A DNA stretch of 64,000 bases from Rebecca billardiae RCC1528 (GCA_965240325.2 OZ251228.1:310001-374000), one strand, 5' to 3'; shown: positions 47,774 to 59,689, counted from the stretch's first letter. Notes: generated from the letters alone by a model not told the origin. Numbers and translations are program-made.

Positions 47774-48973
47774 TCACGTGCACGTCCCAGAGGTCCGGAT
47801 TCTGCTGCGCATGATGCGCGGCCTGCAGAACATGGGCGGCTCTGAGACGGGCACGGATGCCGCGGGCAGCCAGCCGCCGCCCGCCGCGTGCCGCTTAGCC
47901 GCGTTGATCTCCGTGGGCGCGCTCTTCTCCATCGAGCCGAGGGAGCCAGAGCGCGTGCGCCGGATCGTTCGGCCGGTCGGCCGGTTGGTCGCATCACACA
48001 GGCACGAGTCATCCGCAGGCGCCTGCACGGGCGTGATCGGCGTCTCGGGCGTCGGCGCGACTTCGAGGAGGTCGCGGACCTGCGGCATGGTCACGGCGCG
48101 CGGCACGAACTCCTCCGCTGGCGGCCGCGGCGTCGGCAGCACCACCGTCGGCACCGCGACTGCCTCCGGCACCGGCGTCGGCGCGGCCGCAGCCGCGGGT
48201 GCGGGCGCGCCAAGCGAGCGCCACTGCTCCGCCAGCCGCTTGTGCACGTGGGAGAACTCGTCGTTGCCGATGTCGAGCTCCCAGTCGAACATCTCGACGA
48301 GCCTCACCTCGAATCGGCCGAACACGCTCACCACCGCCGCCCCGACGCTCGCGAGGATTTCGTCATTCTGCTTGAGGTGCTTCATGCGCAGGCCAGTGTC
48401 AAAGTGCAGCTTTGAGACGAGCACGACTGTGACGAGCACGAGCGTCTTGACGGCGCACGGCGGGATGGCGGGGATTGCGTCGTCGGCCACGTCGTCTTCT
48501 TGGCTGCGTAACAACGCCACGACCCGCTCGATGAACACGAGTGCAACAATCAGCGCCTGCAGCCAGAGTCGGCGGGTCGCGGAGTGCCGCGGTGGGCGCA
48601 AGTGTCAGGCGCTGGCGCAGAGGGCGGGGGGCGGGGGGGGGGGAGCGGGAGCGGGGGGCAAACGGGCGCGCACCTCGGGCTCAAGGTGACCCGTGCGAAT
48701 GATGGCCTCCAGCAGATGGCAGATTCCCTCGACTGAGCCGTCGGCAGGTGCGGCAGCGTGTGCGTCCGCCCCGTCGCTTCCAGTCGCGGAGAAGGTCCGC
48801 GCGTCGAACTCGCGCAGCACGTCTGGCACGGCGACGTCGCGCGACGCGACGTGCGCCGCGATGGCGGATGCTACCACTGAGGGCAGCTCGCTGTGCGGTA
48901 TTTCGCACCGCGCCTCTGCGCAGAACGATGCCACGGCGGTGGGCGCTGCGACGGCCGGCGGCTGCTGAGTCAT
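47774..48973 (-). CDS. Cyclin-box protein (cyclin Y/PHO80-like, divergent); intron 48673-48557
   Basis: LEPEALIVALVFIERV ... LVLVTVVLVSKLHFD ... FEVRLVEMFDWEL matches the single cyclin fold pattern; Pro/Thr-rich tail. Confidence 0.7.
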
Positions 48974-49380
48974 TGCGCGACGGTCGGCGGAGTGGCACAT
49001 CGAGTTCGGGACGAGCTTTGCCGGTTAGTGGGGTTGCGGCTGCGGCCGTAAGATTGCGCGAAAGATAAGCGGCTGATTCAAGATGGTCTATCAATTGGCC
49101 GCTGAACCGGCAGTCGGCTGCGGGGATTCATGAATGACGAGATCCCCGCGCGCTGTTTAGCACCCGCCAGCCGCCACCGAGGTTGAGATTTCATTGGCTC
49201 ACTCTAAGATTGAAGGTGGAGATTCCGATGAATCCCGTTACTACACGACTCCTCGGGAACATCAAGATGCACTGATTTCATCTCTGAATAGTAGCGAACG
49301 AAGGCGCGCGAAGGCGCGCGCGCGCCCGGCGGCTCGTCACTGAAAAGGAGCCCGCGATGCGCGAGTCTTTGAGTGATGCA

Positions 49381-50324
49381 TCATGCATGCGCGAACAGGC
49401 ACACGCCGCGCACCTCGATCGACTCGCGCGGCGGCGCGTCGGGTGGGCTCGACGGGTCGGCGAAGGCGCTGTCAGCACGAACGGCGCAGGCACGCCCCCG
49501 CCGCGCGCGTCCAACGAATCCCACGCCTTGAGGAGGATCACCTCGCCCGGCGACATCTCCCGAAAGTAGTGCCACGCGTGCGCGCGCGAAGGACGAGAGA
49601 AGTAGTTCTCCCCCACGCGGTCGGCGTAGTGGACCTCTAAGCTGACGAGCTCTTCAGAACGGATGGTGCTCGCGTCGCACAGCGCGAGCGGCCTCTCGCA
49701 TACCGTCGAGATGGGGCGCCACACGTTCACGAGAGCGAACCCTTCGCCGTCGACGCCAGACGAAGAGCGCTCCGCGTCCGCGGCGGTGAGCAAGGGCTCC
49801 TCGATCCGGCGGATATAGTTGCGTCTGGGAGCCCCCGCCAGCTGCCGCACACGCCGGGGCGCACTGCCCGCCGTGAAGTCGCCGTGGACGATCGGTGCAG
49901 GCGCCTGCACGGCGCCGCCGCCTGCGAGCTGCTGCTGAGCAGCGCAGCCAGCCTCCGAACGCACATTGTGGTCGAAGGCGCGGACGAAGTTGGCGCCGGT
50001 CACATCGCGCACGAGCCGCTCGCGCGCCAGGCGGTAGCGCTCCACGATGGAGTCCTGCGTGTAGAAGTCGATGCCAAGATCGGCCATCGGCGTGCGGCGC
50101 AGCTCAAAGCCGTGCACGCCGAGCGTGTGACCTCGGCCGCGCGCGTTGTGCACGAGCGTCCGCGTGGATGCCCATACCACGCCCTCGAGCACCTCATCGG
50201 TCCCCTGCACGTCACGTCGCGTGCGCACCACGGGCACACTGTCGGCCACGTAGTTGAGGGTCGCCTTGACCGAGTCGATTGCGCCTTTTGCATCGCGCAC
50301 CACGCGACCATCCGCCGCCGGCAT
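49381..50324 (-). pseudogene. CmcJ/NvfI/AsaB-family Fe(II)/2OG oxygenase with a 1-bp frameshift near 49472
   Basis: HGFEL, FDHNVR, VHGDFT, NVWRPI, PLALCDA, WHYF..M. The conserved end SAFADP...RESIEVR is in another frame. Confidence 0.8.
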
Positions 50325-50671
50325 CGTCGGCCATCAGTGCGGCGTGGTCGCTGTGGCGGCGCAGCGGGCGAGTGAGCCACACGCGAGCACGGCGTAACGG
50401 GCCAGGACCCGCAGGTGGTGGGCAGGGGCATGCCGACGCGCTGGAGCCATGCTGGTCGACCATCACACCGGCCAGGATGCGGGTGGACGTTACAGATACT
50501 GTATGATAGTATGGGGGTAGTGATGGCAATACTACTTTTGTGGCGCCGTAATCACGCCTTAATTAACCAAGTGTGCACGTTATTATCATTATTTTTATAA
50601 AACATAGTGTGCACGTTATCATAAAACATAACGTTCGCACGTCTTCGCAGCAGGGCTGTGCAGTGGGGCGC

Positions 50672-51412
50672 ATGCACGCCCAGCGCGCATACGCCACTGT
50701 CGCTTTAGCGCTAATCGCCACCGCACCTATGCAGCCAGCGGCGCTCTCGAGCGTGCAGGCGCCGAGCAAGCTTCTCTGGCGTGCGCGCCTTGATCAGTCG
50801 ATCGCGCGCTCGCGCAAGGTGCGCGGTGCGAATTTCGTGCAGCTTGCCACTGTGGATGCGAGCGGCGCGCCGCACGTGCGCACTGTTGTCTTCCGGGGCT
50901 TCGAGCCCGCGGCGTGCGAGGCGGGATGTGTCATGCGCATGATCACCGACACGCGCTCCGACAAGGTGAGCCAGCTGGCCGCCAACCCAAGAGCAGAGCT
51001 CGTATGGTGGTTTGCGCGTTCGAGCGAGCAATACCGCGTCAGCGGACCGGTCCAGCTCGTGGGTGCGGCGCCGAGCGGGCCCGACGCCGAGGCTCTACTG
51101 GGCGCGCGGAGAGCGCAGTGGGGCAACCTGTCGGACCAAGCTCGTGAGCAGTTCTTCGGCCCACCACCTGGCATGCCCATCGGCAGCGCATCGGCCAGCG
51201 ACGGTGCGGGCGCTGTGCCCGCGGGCGGTCGCGGCGATGATGGCAAAGTGCTGCCGCCGCCCGAGTGCTTCGCGCTGCTGCTCTTGCGCCCTAGGCGTGT
51301 GGACTATCTCTGCCTCAACGGCAATGAGCGGTACATCGACGTGCGCGTGGAGGGCGCAGCCAGCGACACGTCGCTCGCAGAGGCATGGACGACCACGCAC
51401 GTTGTTGGCTAG
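50672..51412 (+). CDS. Pyridoxamine 5'-phosphate oxidase-like FMN-binding protein (cyanobacterial Alr4036 type) with N-terminal signal
   Basis: FVQLATV...PHVRTVVFRGF, TDTRSDK, ELVWWF..SSEQYRVSG, VDYL.L. Confidence 0.88.
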   Translation: MHAQRAYATVALALIATAPMQPAALSSVQAPSKLLWRARLDQSIARSRKVRGANFVQLATVDASGAPHVRTVVFRGFEPAACEAGCVMRMITDTRSDKVSQLAANPRAELVWWFARSSEQYRVSGPVQLVGAAPSGPDAEALLGARRAQWGNLSDQAREQFFGPPPGMPIGSASASDGAGAVPAGGRGDDGKVLPPPECFALLLLRPRRVDYLCLNGNERYIDVRVEGAASDTSLAEAWTTTHVVG

Positions 51413-52061
51413 CAACTTCGTCCGCGCCAGCGCGCCTTAGCGGCAGTGACTAAGACTGCATGAGTTACAAGCAGTTATTCAGTGCTTCGGACTGAAATCG
51501 CCCCGGGCTCGACCTGCCGCCTGGGATTCATGCACGTATACTGGCCGATGGCGATAGCCGATACGTCAGGGCACACGGTCCGCGCCGCTTGGCAGGCTGC
51601 CGGAGAGCCGAGCAGAATATTAGAATAAGAATTATACCGCGTATCCGAGCATTCCGTCGAGCTCAAGACGGCCCGCGGACTCAGTAACATTCACAATCAC
51701 AGAGTCCGATACTATAGTCAGTAGACGCGGGCGGAGAGAGAGAGCGAATATAAGCAGACGGTCAGTACGCGGTCGTGCGACTCAGGCATGGCCGCCGATT
51801 ATCAGCATACCATGATGACAGATACTGTAAGTAAAGTATTATACTGCAAGGGCCCTTGACTAGCTACAGTTTACTATGTCGTTTTAACGTCGGCACAGTA
51901 AAGCACTATATTATTCTGGTGAACACAGCTTTAAACAATTTTAATTCGTGAGAAAGCCCTGGGAGACCCAGCTCCGACCCCCTTTAATTGGTTGTCCAAT
52001 ACTGCTGTCCCAAGTAATACCGGAGTAGGAATACGAACAATGGGGCCTCAAACGTTTTTTG

Positions 52062-52159
52062 ATTAGGCACGCCTCGGGAATCGAGAACGCACTTGGTTAA
52101 TTTTTGCGCCAATTAGGGCACGCCTCGGGAATCGAAGCGCATGTGGTTAATTTTTGCGC
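52062..52159. repeat. Two imperfect tandem ~50-bp units (ATTAGGCACGCCTCGGGAATCGA...GGTTAATTTTTGCGC)
   Basis: Direct comparison of 52062-52109 with 52112-52159. Confidence 0.88.
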
Positions 52160-53551
52160 GCGCCGCATAGAGATGTCGTTGCGATTCCCACAAATCTGGC
52201 GGCGATCTTAGCGGTACCCCCTTACCCAGTTCATACCGCCTATACAATACGGTAACGGTACGGACCTGGCGCGCCTCGCCGTGCACCCGCACGAGGCCAC
52301 GCGCCCCGGCGCGCGCGCGCCCGCGGCCTCGCACCCAAACTGCGAGACGCCGGCAGCGCTCGACGCGTGCCTCGCGCAGCGCGGCTGGCGAGCACGCTGA
52401 ACGGCGTGGACGAGGCGCGCAACGCGGAGCGCCGCGAGGGTCACGCCGCGCGTCGAGCCGAACCGCGCGCGGCGCGCGAGGCCGCCGGGACCGACGCGGT
52501 CGCGCGCCATCTGGGCGTACGGCGGCAGCAGCGCGCACGACGTGCGGACTGCAGTTGCTGCACGACTACCACGCGTCGATGGCCGACGCGCGCACGCACG
52601 GCGTGATCGGTGCGTGCCGTTGCCGTGCCGCCGTGCCCGAGCGGCCGTGCGCAGCGACGACTGCATCGACTGCATCGACGCGCGCCTCGCTGGCGCCTCG
52701 GTGGGCCTTGCAGAACTGGGAGAGCCACGCTGCCGCACCTGGCTAATGGCTAAATCGCACACGCGACGCGCGAAGACGCGGCAGCTCGGATGATACCGTT
52801 AGTCAGCGCTGAACGGCCAACTCGTCTCATCCGTCATCGTCGTCGGGTCTGCCGGCCCTGGCAAGCTTCTCCGTCGCGTCCTAGACGCGCTGTGTTCGAC
52901 CAGCCCCACCGGGAAAAGGCCGCTAGGCCCCCGCTGTTTAAAGTATCGTCGTCTGGCAGCAGCATATATCGATTGGCAAACGAAAGGTCGTGCATGCTTG
53001 CTGATGACTTCGATTATTTTGCTGGGAGCGCGAGTTTCTCAGTGTTCTTTCGTCGCGTCCCGGTGTTTCCAGAAGCGCAAGCGGCACTTCGATTCGATTC
53101 GATTTGACGAAGCTGATTCGATCGCATGCGCATGCGTTTTCTCCAAGGTTCATGATGATGATGCATCTACCCATAGGGTTGACCAATAAGTGCGCACCCT
53201 GTGCAACTAAGTATTAGCACCGGAGAGCATTGATGATCGACCAAACGTGAGATGCTTCGATCGTTCATGATGATGCTGATGCATCCACACGGATCTGCAC
53301 TATTCAAGTAACAGTACCGGAAAGCATTGATGATCGACGACCGTTCGTCCAAACGTCAGATGCTCGTCAGATGCTACGATTGATTTTGATCCGGGTTTTT
53401 TCCTTCCCAGAACACGTCGATCTGCAGAGTGCAGTTCCCTCCAGTCCAGATTTCCTCGCCGGCTCCAGACGACACAGGCGACTCCGGCGTACGCGGGCGC
53501 GCTCAACCGCGTCCTGGCCTTTGTTGAGCATAGCAATCGCGGCGGCCTCGA

Positions 53552-54715
53552 ATGGCCCAGCAGCCCCGGCAACCCGAGTTCTTGGCCACGACGATGGGCA
53601 TGTCATCGCGGCGGCTGTGTGCCAACTGCGAGTCCGTGCGCGCCGTTCCCTACAACGTGACGAACGCATCGAATTGCCGCCTCGTAGCGTTGCCACCACC
53701 GTTTGAGCCAGAGGCCACTGTGGCATCGCAGCATTTGCGACGCGCCGACGATTCCACCGTTGCCCTCGAGTCTACTTTCGATGACAGCGTCATGCTCGAC
53801 GCGGCAGTCCTCGCTGAGCTGGATCGACTGCTGGCGTGCAACGCGAGCGCGCACGCATCATCAGGGGATGATGGGTCGCGGATGTCCCCTACCGTCGTCG
53901 AGTTTGTCCGGCGCGTGCTCCACGACGAGCCCGAGCCGGCACCCAACGATCCACCACCTGCGGCCACGCGCCAGATGTCTCCCCTCGCGGGCGGTGTGGT
54001 GGCACTCCCGCAGAATCAACAGCATCGCCATCATCCACCATCTGCGATGATGGTCGCGGAGACGCTGGTGGATGCCTGCGTTGCTGGCTCGCTGTGCGCG
54101 CCTGTGCTGCCACAGAGCGTCGACATGTGGCAACCGCCCACGTTGAGCCCGCCGACCACGCCTGTGCCTCGAGACGCTTGGTCCGATGCACTCATCCCGC
54201 CGGGGGCATCCATGCCGCTCCTGACCGCTGTGGGCAATCGTCACTGGCTCGGGATGCCGGGCGCGCCGGCTTGGCTCCCGCTTCCGCCTGCGGCGACGGG
54301 CAACGTCGAGCCGCCCGTGCCCCGGGCGCAGCGAGTGTACATCGGGGTGCGCTGCCGCCAGCCTGCGCACGGCGGCCAGAAGCGCGCCAAGCCGTACCAC
54401 GGCCGTGTGCGCTTCAAGGGCACAGAGCACTACACGAAGTTCTTCTCGTCGCCGGAGAGCGCAGCGCGCGCGCGTGACGCGCTCGTCATCCAGCTCGGCC
54501 TCCATCACACGCGCAGGCTCAACTTCCCGCCGGGCAGGATGCACGATCCCAGGAGCATGGAAAGACAGCAGCATCCCTCAGCAAGCACCCGCTTGGGCGG
54601 GGATTCGGCTCCCGCCAGCAGCGATCGTCGTCGACGGACGACCCTGCGGCACAGTGGCGCATCGTCCGGCGTTTGCCATCACCCTGTCGTCGGTCGGCTC
54701 GCGAATCTTCACTGA
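53552..54715 (+). CDS. AP2/ERF-like DNA-binding domain transcription factor (start codon uncertain)
   Basis: YIGVR...YHGRVRFKGTEHYTKFFSSPESAARARD...LNFP near the C-terminus; low-complexity Pro-rich N-terminal part. Confidence 0.78.
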   Translation: MAQQPRQPEFLATTMGMSSRRLCANCESVRAVPYNVTNASNCRLVALPPPFEPEATVASQHLRRADDSTVALESTFDDSVMLDAAVLAELDRLLACNASAHASSGDDGSRMSPTVVEFVRRVLHDEPEPAPNDPPPAATRQMSPLAGGVVALPQNQQHRHHPPSAMMVAETLVDACVAGSLCAPVLPQSVDMWQPPTLSPPTTPVPRDAWSDALIPPGASMPLLTAVGNRHWLGMPGAPAWLPLPPAATGNVEPPVPRAQRVYIGVRCRQPAHGGQKRAKPYHGRVRFKGTEHYTKFFSSPESAARARDALVIQLGLHHTRRLNFPPGRMHDPRSMERQQHPSASTRLGGDSAPASSDRRRRTTLRHSGASSGVCHHPVVGRLANLH

Positions 54716-55376
54716 CGGCCTGACGTCGAAATGTCGTCGTGCAGCGCGCAGCGCGCAGCCGGCGGCGGTCGGACTCGGCAGTGGGTACGGCCTGCAAAGT
54801 GCGACGCGATGCTGATACCGACAGATACGGTGCTCGTGACCTCTGCGTCATCATTCTTGGCGCGTTGCATGATGAGAGTTCGAGTAGCAGGCGCTGCGCG
54901 TAATAAGTCTGTAATGATGATGCTGCTGCTGCGCGCAGCGAATGTAGTCGTACTCACAGACGGTACAGTTGCCGAGTATGGAGGTAGACGCGCGGCGGGC
55001 ATTAATTAACGATTACGAATGCGTCAGGTAATCTGAGAGGTGAGGCTGGAGCCATTCTTAACGTGAAGCGGATTATTATTTCAGCTTGACAGCAGGTCAG
55101 GAGCTTCTTACTGGCGAGTGTGTCGGCGTCCCGGTCGGGGTTACTGCGAGTACGGCGAGGGGCACATTGAGCCTGACGGTGAGGGCCGCGTGGCAGCCCC
55201 CAGACACGCCCAACCAACGGGGCGTCCGCTGCCGGGGCTCACCGGGCTGAGGCTACGACAATCGACTGAATTGTGCTTCGTCAGCTTCGTGGGCTCGATC
55301 TAACTAAGCTTCGAACGGCGGCAAATTGGCTCTTAATCGATGACGAGCAGCGCTGTCCTGGTAAGTACGTACGCGT

Positions 55377-55378
<2 letters not shown>

Positions 55379-55444
<66 letters not shown>

Positions 55445-55489
55445 GTATATATATATGTGGTATATATATATGTGGTATATATATATATA

Positions 55490-55522
<33 letters not shown>
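55379..55522. repeat. Compound (TA)n microsatellite with GTGG interruptions
   Basis: Direct read. Confidence 0.97.
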
Positions 55523-55524
<2 letters not shown>

Positions 55525-55535
55525 TGGTAACGTGA

Positions 55536-58500
55536 CACCTCAAAGATGTGCGGGTGCCTTTTCCGGCCACGTTCCACGAGATTTTCTTAAAACTGCACTA
55601 GCAACCGACGGCCAATCAACGCCCGGCCTGCACCAGGGGCGGTGGAGGGCATGAATAGGTTTTTGAGCAACCGCCGAGCCTGGTTGAGTCGCTCCGTTCC
55701 GGCTGAGCGCCGGTCGAACGGCCCCTCGCGGTTTGTCGAAGTCATGGACGGAGCGGGGAGCTCCCGCCGGCCACCGCGCCGGAGCTCGTCACCGCCGCCA
55801 CGCGGGGAGGACGATTGCGGAATGTCGGCGTCATCTGGCGCGGCATCAATATCGGAATCGGAGACCATGTCGTCGTGCAGTGGCTGCAGAAGAACGGCAG
55901 GCCTTCGGAGCGCGCCGGGCTCGCGCAGGTGCGCCGCGTCGTCAAGAAGTCGTCGCGGGGTCAGTGACCCTCATGGTAAAGTGGTTCTACTTCGTGGAGG
56001 ACTTGCCTGGCAAGACGCGCACCGCAGACTACCACCCTGCGGAGGTCTACGAGCACGTCGGCAACTGGAAGGAGGAGGAGATCGAGGTCGAGACGGTGCA
56101 TGGCAAGGTGATGGTGTGGAAGAACCTTGCGGAGTTCATCGCGCGCGGGGGCGCACTGGACTTCTTCGTGAATGCATGGACCGCGTTCAAGCGCCCGAGG
56201 TGCGCCGCCCCGCCCGCGATCCCTCCCTGCGCGCGCATACCCGCGGCGCGCCAACACCGCGTGTCGTCGTCCGCCCCGTCGTCTGTGATGCCAGGCAGGG
56301 CGAGTCCGAGCCGCAGCCGTTCAAGGCCAAGCGCAACGTGCTGCATGTGGCGAACATGAATCTGACCGAGCCACCCGAGGAGGTCATCGCGCAGCTCCCG
56401 ACCGCCCGCATGCCATTCGAGTTCGGTGTCGGCCTGAAGGCCTGGAAGCAGCCGGACGGCGGCATCGTGCTGCCGACGACGACAGGGGCTGCGGAGGACG
56501 GGCAGCAGCGCGGCTACCCGCTGCGGCCGTGCTTGCTCGGGGAGGCGGACGAGCACGTGCTCGATCTCGGTACGATCGGATCCCGCTGCGCGCGCGCCGT
56601 GCCCGCTCCCCCCCGCCGCCCGTGTTGACGCGCGTCCTGCGCGCGTGCCCGCGCGCGCCGCGCAGGGCGCGATGAGATTGGCATCGCCGCGGACGCCGAT
56701 CTGGTTGCGGCGTGCGTCGAGTCCGAGCGCCGTGTCGCGGGCTGCCTCGCCAGCAGTAAGGTGTATCGCCACGTCACCATCGTCGCCATCGAGCACGGCG
56801 CGAAGCTGTACCGCCCGCCGGCGGAGGCTGTGCACAACCTCGTCGCGCGGTACCGTGAGTTCCTGTGGCGGGAGCCGATGCACATTCGCGTCCGCCAGCA
56901 GCAGCAGGCGGCGATCTTCGATCGGCTGCTCACGCGCGTCGTCGCGCACTGCCGAGGCTTGCACGCAGCCGAGCGCGCATCGGTCCAGGTCGATGCCACC
57001 GCGTACGATGCTGCCGTCATCGACCTCTTCGCCGAGGACCGCCTGGGCCGCTGGCTGCGCGGCCGGTACGAGCTCGAGCTCGCATCTCACGCGAGCTTGC
57101 CGCTCGCCCCCGGCTGGCCCTTCTTCTCGATCGCTCCGCTGAACGGCAACGCGTCGGACAACTACGCCGAGATCTTCTCTCCCGCCACGACGCTCGCCGA
57201 GAGCCCGCACCAGCTCGTCCTGTTCACCGACTTCCAGTCGGTCATCGGCCTGCGCTTCACCTGGCGTAAGTGGAAGGATGTCACAGCGACCGGCGGGACA
57301 ATCATCGGCGGCTCGCCGCCGCCGACCGCGGGCTACCATCCGAATAGTGGGCGGGGATGTACGTACGGCTGGTAGGCATGACGTAGTCAGTCACGGCTCA
57401 GCACTCCAGTCGCACTATCCCGCATTGGCGCCATATTCGTTCGTGATACTCGTCAGTCTTATTCGTCGGATGAGGCCCGCGCTCGCGGGCCGCGCGGCGG
57501 CGCGGGCCGCGCGGGCTGCGCGGGCCCGACGCGTGCCACCGCCACCGGCCACTGTGGCAGCGCGCGGCGGCGCGGGCCGGATACGGTCGTGCCAGGCTCC
57601 GGTTCGGGCGGGCGGCCGGCTTAGACCCCCCTGCAAGCCCGGCGACGCCACTGCGGGTCACGCTCAGGGACGGCGGCAGAGCCGGCCCACTGACTGGTCT
57701 CGCCGCCCGCGGGTGCGCAACCGTGACCGTCAGTTCCGCGCGGGCACCAGAACTGCGGAGCACGGCCGCGGCGGCGCGGCCGAGTCGCTGTTACTGGCTG
57801 CTCGCGATTGGGATGCAGCAGCTCTACCAGCGACCAGCCACTTGAAGCATGTACACACTCACCAAGCCTTGCCGCGCGGCAGTCACGTTTGCCCGCCACG
57901 CGTGGCCCGTGGCCGTGCCCGTGGGGCGACCGGCTCAGGCAGCGCAGCGGGGCGGCTCGCGCTCCCTGACTGTCGTTGCGAGCTAGCACTTCTGTGGTCT
58001 CCCTGCTTCCTCTCGAGACCTTGCCCGCTCCTTCAGACGTGCTCGCGCAGCACCCGTGTCGCGAAAGCTCTCGGGCTCGCGCTTGGATGGCGCATCGCAT
58101 TCGTGTCGGCTGCCCGCGTGCAGTACAGCCCACGCGAGGCGCAGCCACGGCCCCTTGTCGAGAGGCTCAGATACCCCTGGGATGGCCCAACGACCCCGCT
58201 GCCGCCGCGGCCACGGCGGGCGCGCGCCAACGCTCGCCTCCCCGAGTCGCCGCCCCGGCAGCCGGGGCGCGGCGGCCCCGGGCCGCCCGCAACCAGACCG
58301 GGCTCAGAACGCGTATTACCGGTTTGGCGGCCGTAGGTAGAGGGCCCACCCCTTGCCCTCGCGAGTCCAGGATTTGATGCAAGACCGCCAGACCAAGGGC
58401 CGTGGCCAGACGAGAGGATAGGGATTTCGTGCAAGACGGCGCCTAGTCGTGAGGAGCCTTGATTGAAGAAAAAGTTTAGTCAGTCGACTGACTAAACTCA

Positions 58501-58571
58501 TCTCCCCTACAAATGTTCAGGAGATCAAGGCTAGAAGCGTCCAGAAACGGCACCCGCACATCTTTGAGGTG
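55536..58571. mobile_element. Putative non-autonomous DNA transposon (3036 bp) with 31-bp terminal inverted repeats and a cargo gene
   Basis: 55536-55566 CACCTCAAAGATGTGCGGGTGCCTTTTCCGG matches the reverse complement of 58541-58571 at 29/31 positions. No target-site duplication is visible. Confidence 0.7.
55973..57375 (+). CDS. Orphan 403-aa protein inside the TIR element; exons 55973-56199, 56295-56569, 56666-57375
   Basis: Two host-style GT-AG introns join three frames into a stop-free 1212-nt CDS with host codon bias; no family recognised. Confidence 0.75.
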
Positions 58572-59689
58572 CAGGCTCTGGAGTCTCAAGCTCGATCATC
58601 ACGGGGGCGCGCGCTGCTCGCCGTTGCGCGCGCTCGCTGACGGCGAAGCCCGCGAAGCGCACCGGCGGCCGCCGTCCAGCCGTCGCCCCGGCCCGGCCCC
58701 GGCCAGCGCGCACGGGTATAGTCGTCAGTAGTGAGCAGGCGGCGGTACTATCCAAACTAGGTACACAGTGAACAGATGGACCTCAAAATGTGTACTTTAG
58801 AAGCCCGCCTCGAGCGGCCACGAAGGGCACAATGGCGGATTGCGGCGGCCCGCCGCCATCCCTCAGTGCCCGCCCATCAGGTGTCCATGACCGACGTCAC
58901 ACTCGATCTCGAGAGAGCAGACCAAGACGGCGAGGCGGGTGACACGACCCACTGCATCCCCGAACTCGGTCGAGAAGACGAAGCGGCGCTACAACGCGCG
59001 TGGCAGCAAGCTGCTGACGATGCCCGCGGTGAGCGGCTGTCATGCCACCTCGCACGCGCAGATGCGCGGCGTCCCGAAAACCTTCGGTCGATGTCTCGCG
59101 AAAGGGGACGAATGGGAGGGCGACACATGCGCGCATCCTCCCTTGAAGTTCCGATCGCTATCGACCGGCCAATCTCGCGCGATGTCCCCTGCTGCGCAAC
59201 CTCTCCGGCGCGCTCGCGCAGAGGTGATATGGTGCAGTTGCCGCAACTCAAGCTGAAGCACCAGCAGGAGGCGCCGAAGGCCGCGGCGGGTGACAGAACG
59301 CTGCCGGAGCAGTACCAGGTGCGATACGAGGCCGCGCCGTTCGCTCGGCAGTGCAGCTCTCTCTTCTCTTTCGTTGCGCGCCGGATCAATCTGAGGGTGG
59401 GCTCGTGGTGAGCAGCGCAGCTCGACACTGGCCAGTGCTCGCAGAGCACCAGATCCCGAGGATGGACAGCGGCGTGGCGGCGAAGCTGATGGCAGCGATC
59501 AGCGCCCCACCGGGCTACATCGTACCGCCGGGGTGAGCGTCGGGAGTGATGCGCTCTCTGATGTGGGCGATCGCGAGCGCGCATTCTGATGTGCGCTCGT
59601 GGATGCAGCTCGAGGCGGGGAGGGCCATCAGCTGGTGTGACCCTCAGCCGTGCCCTGCTGCGACAGGGGCGGGAGCTGATGGAGGATCC

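Noticed and set aside
52062-52159. Repeat units as a CRISPR array or tRNA (minus strand has TTCGATTCCCG, T-loop-like)
   Set aside because: Only two adjacent units, no unique spacers, no cas genes, and no cloverleaf can be folded.
55536-55566. TIR as a V(D)J-type recombination signal sequence
   Set aside because: Only CAC matches the heptamer; there is no ACAAAAACC nonamer at 12 or 23 bp spacing.
55273-55654. YIYIYI ORFs
   Set aside because: Translations of the TA microsatellite.
5473-56665. Introner-like repeated introns or enrichment of in-frame (3n) introns
   Set aside because: Introns share only low-complexity CG runs; about 11 of 26 are 3n, not clearly above the one-third expectation.
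57278-58336. 352-aa ORF inside the TIR element as a transposase or Fanzor/TnpB
   Set aside because: Low-complexity Arg/Pro/Ala sequence with no DDE, RuvC or zinc-finger motifs.
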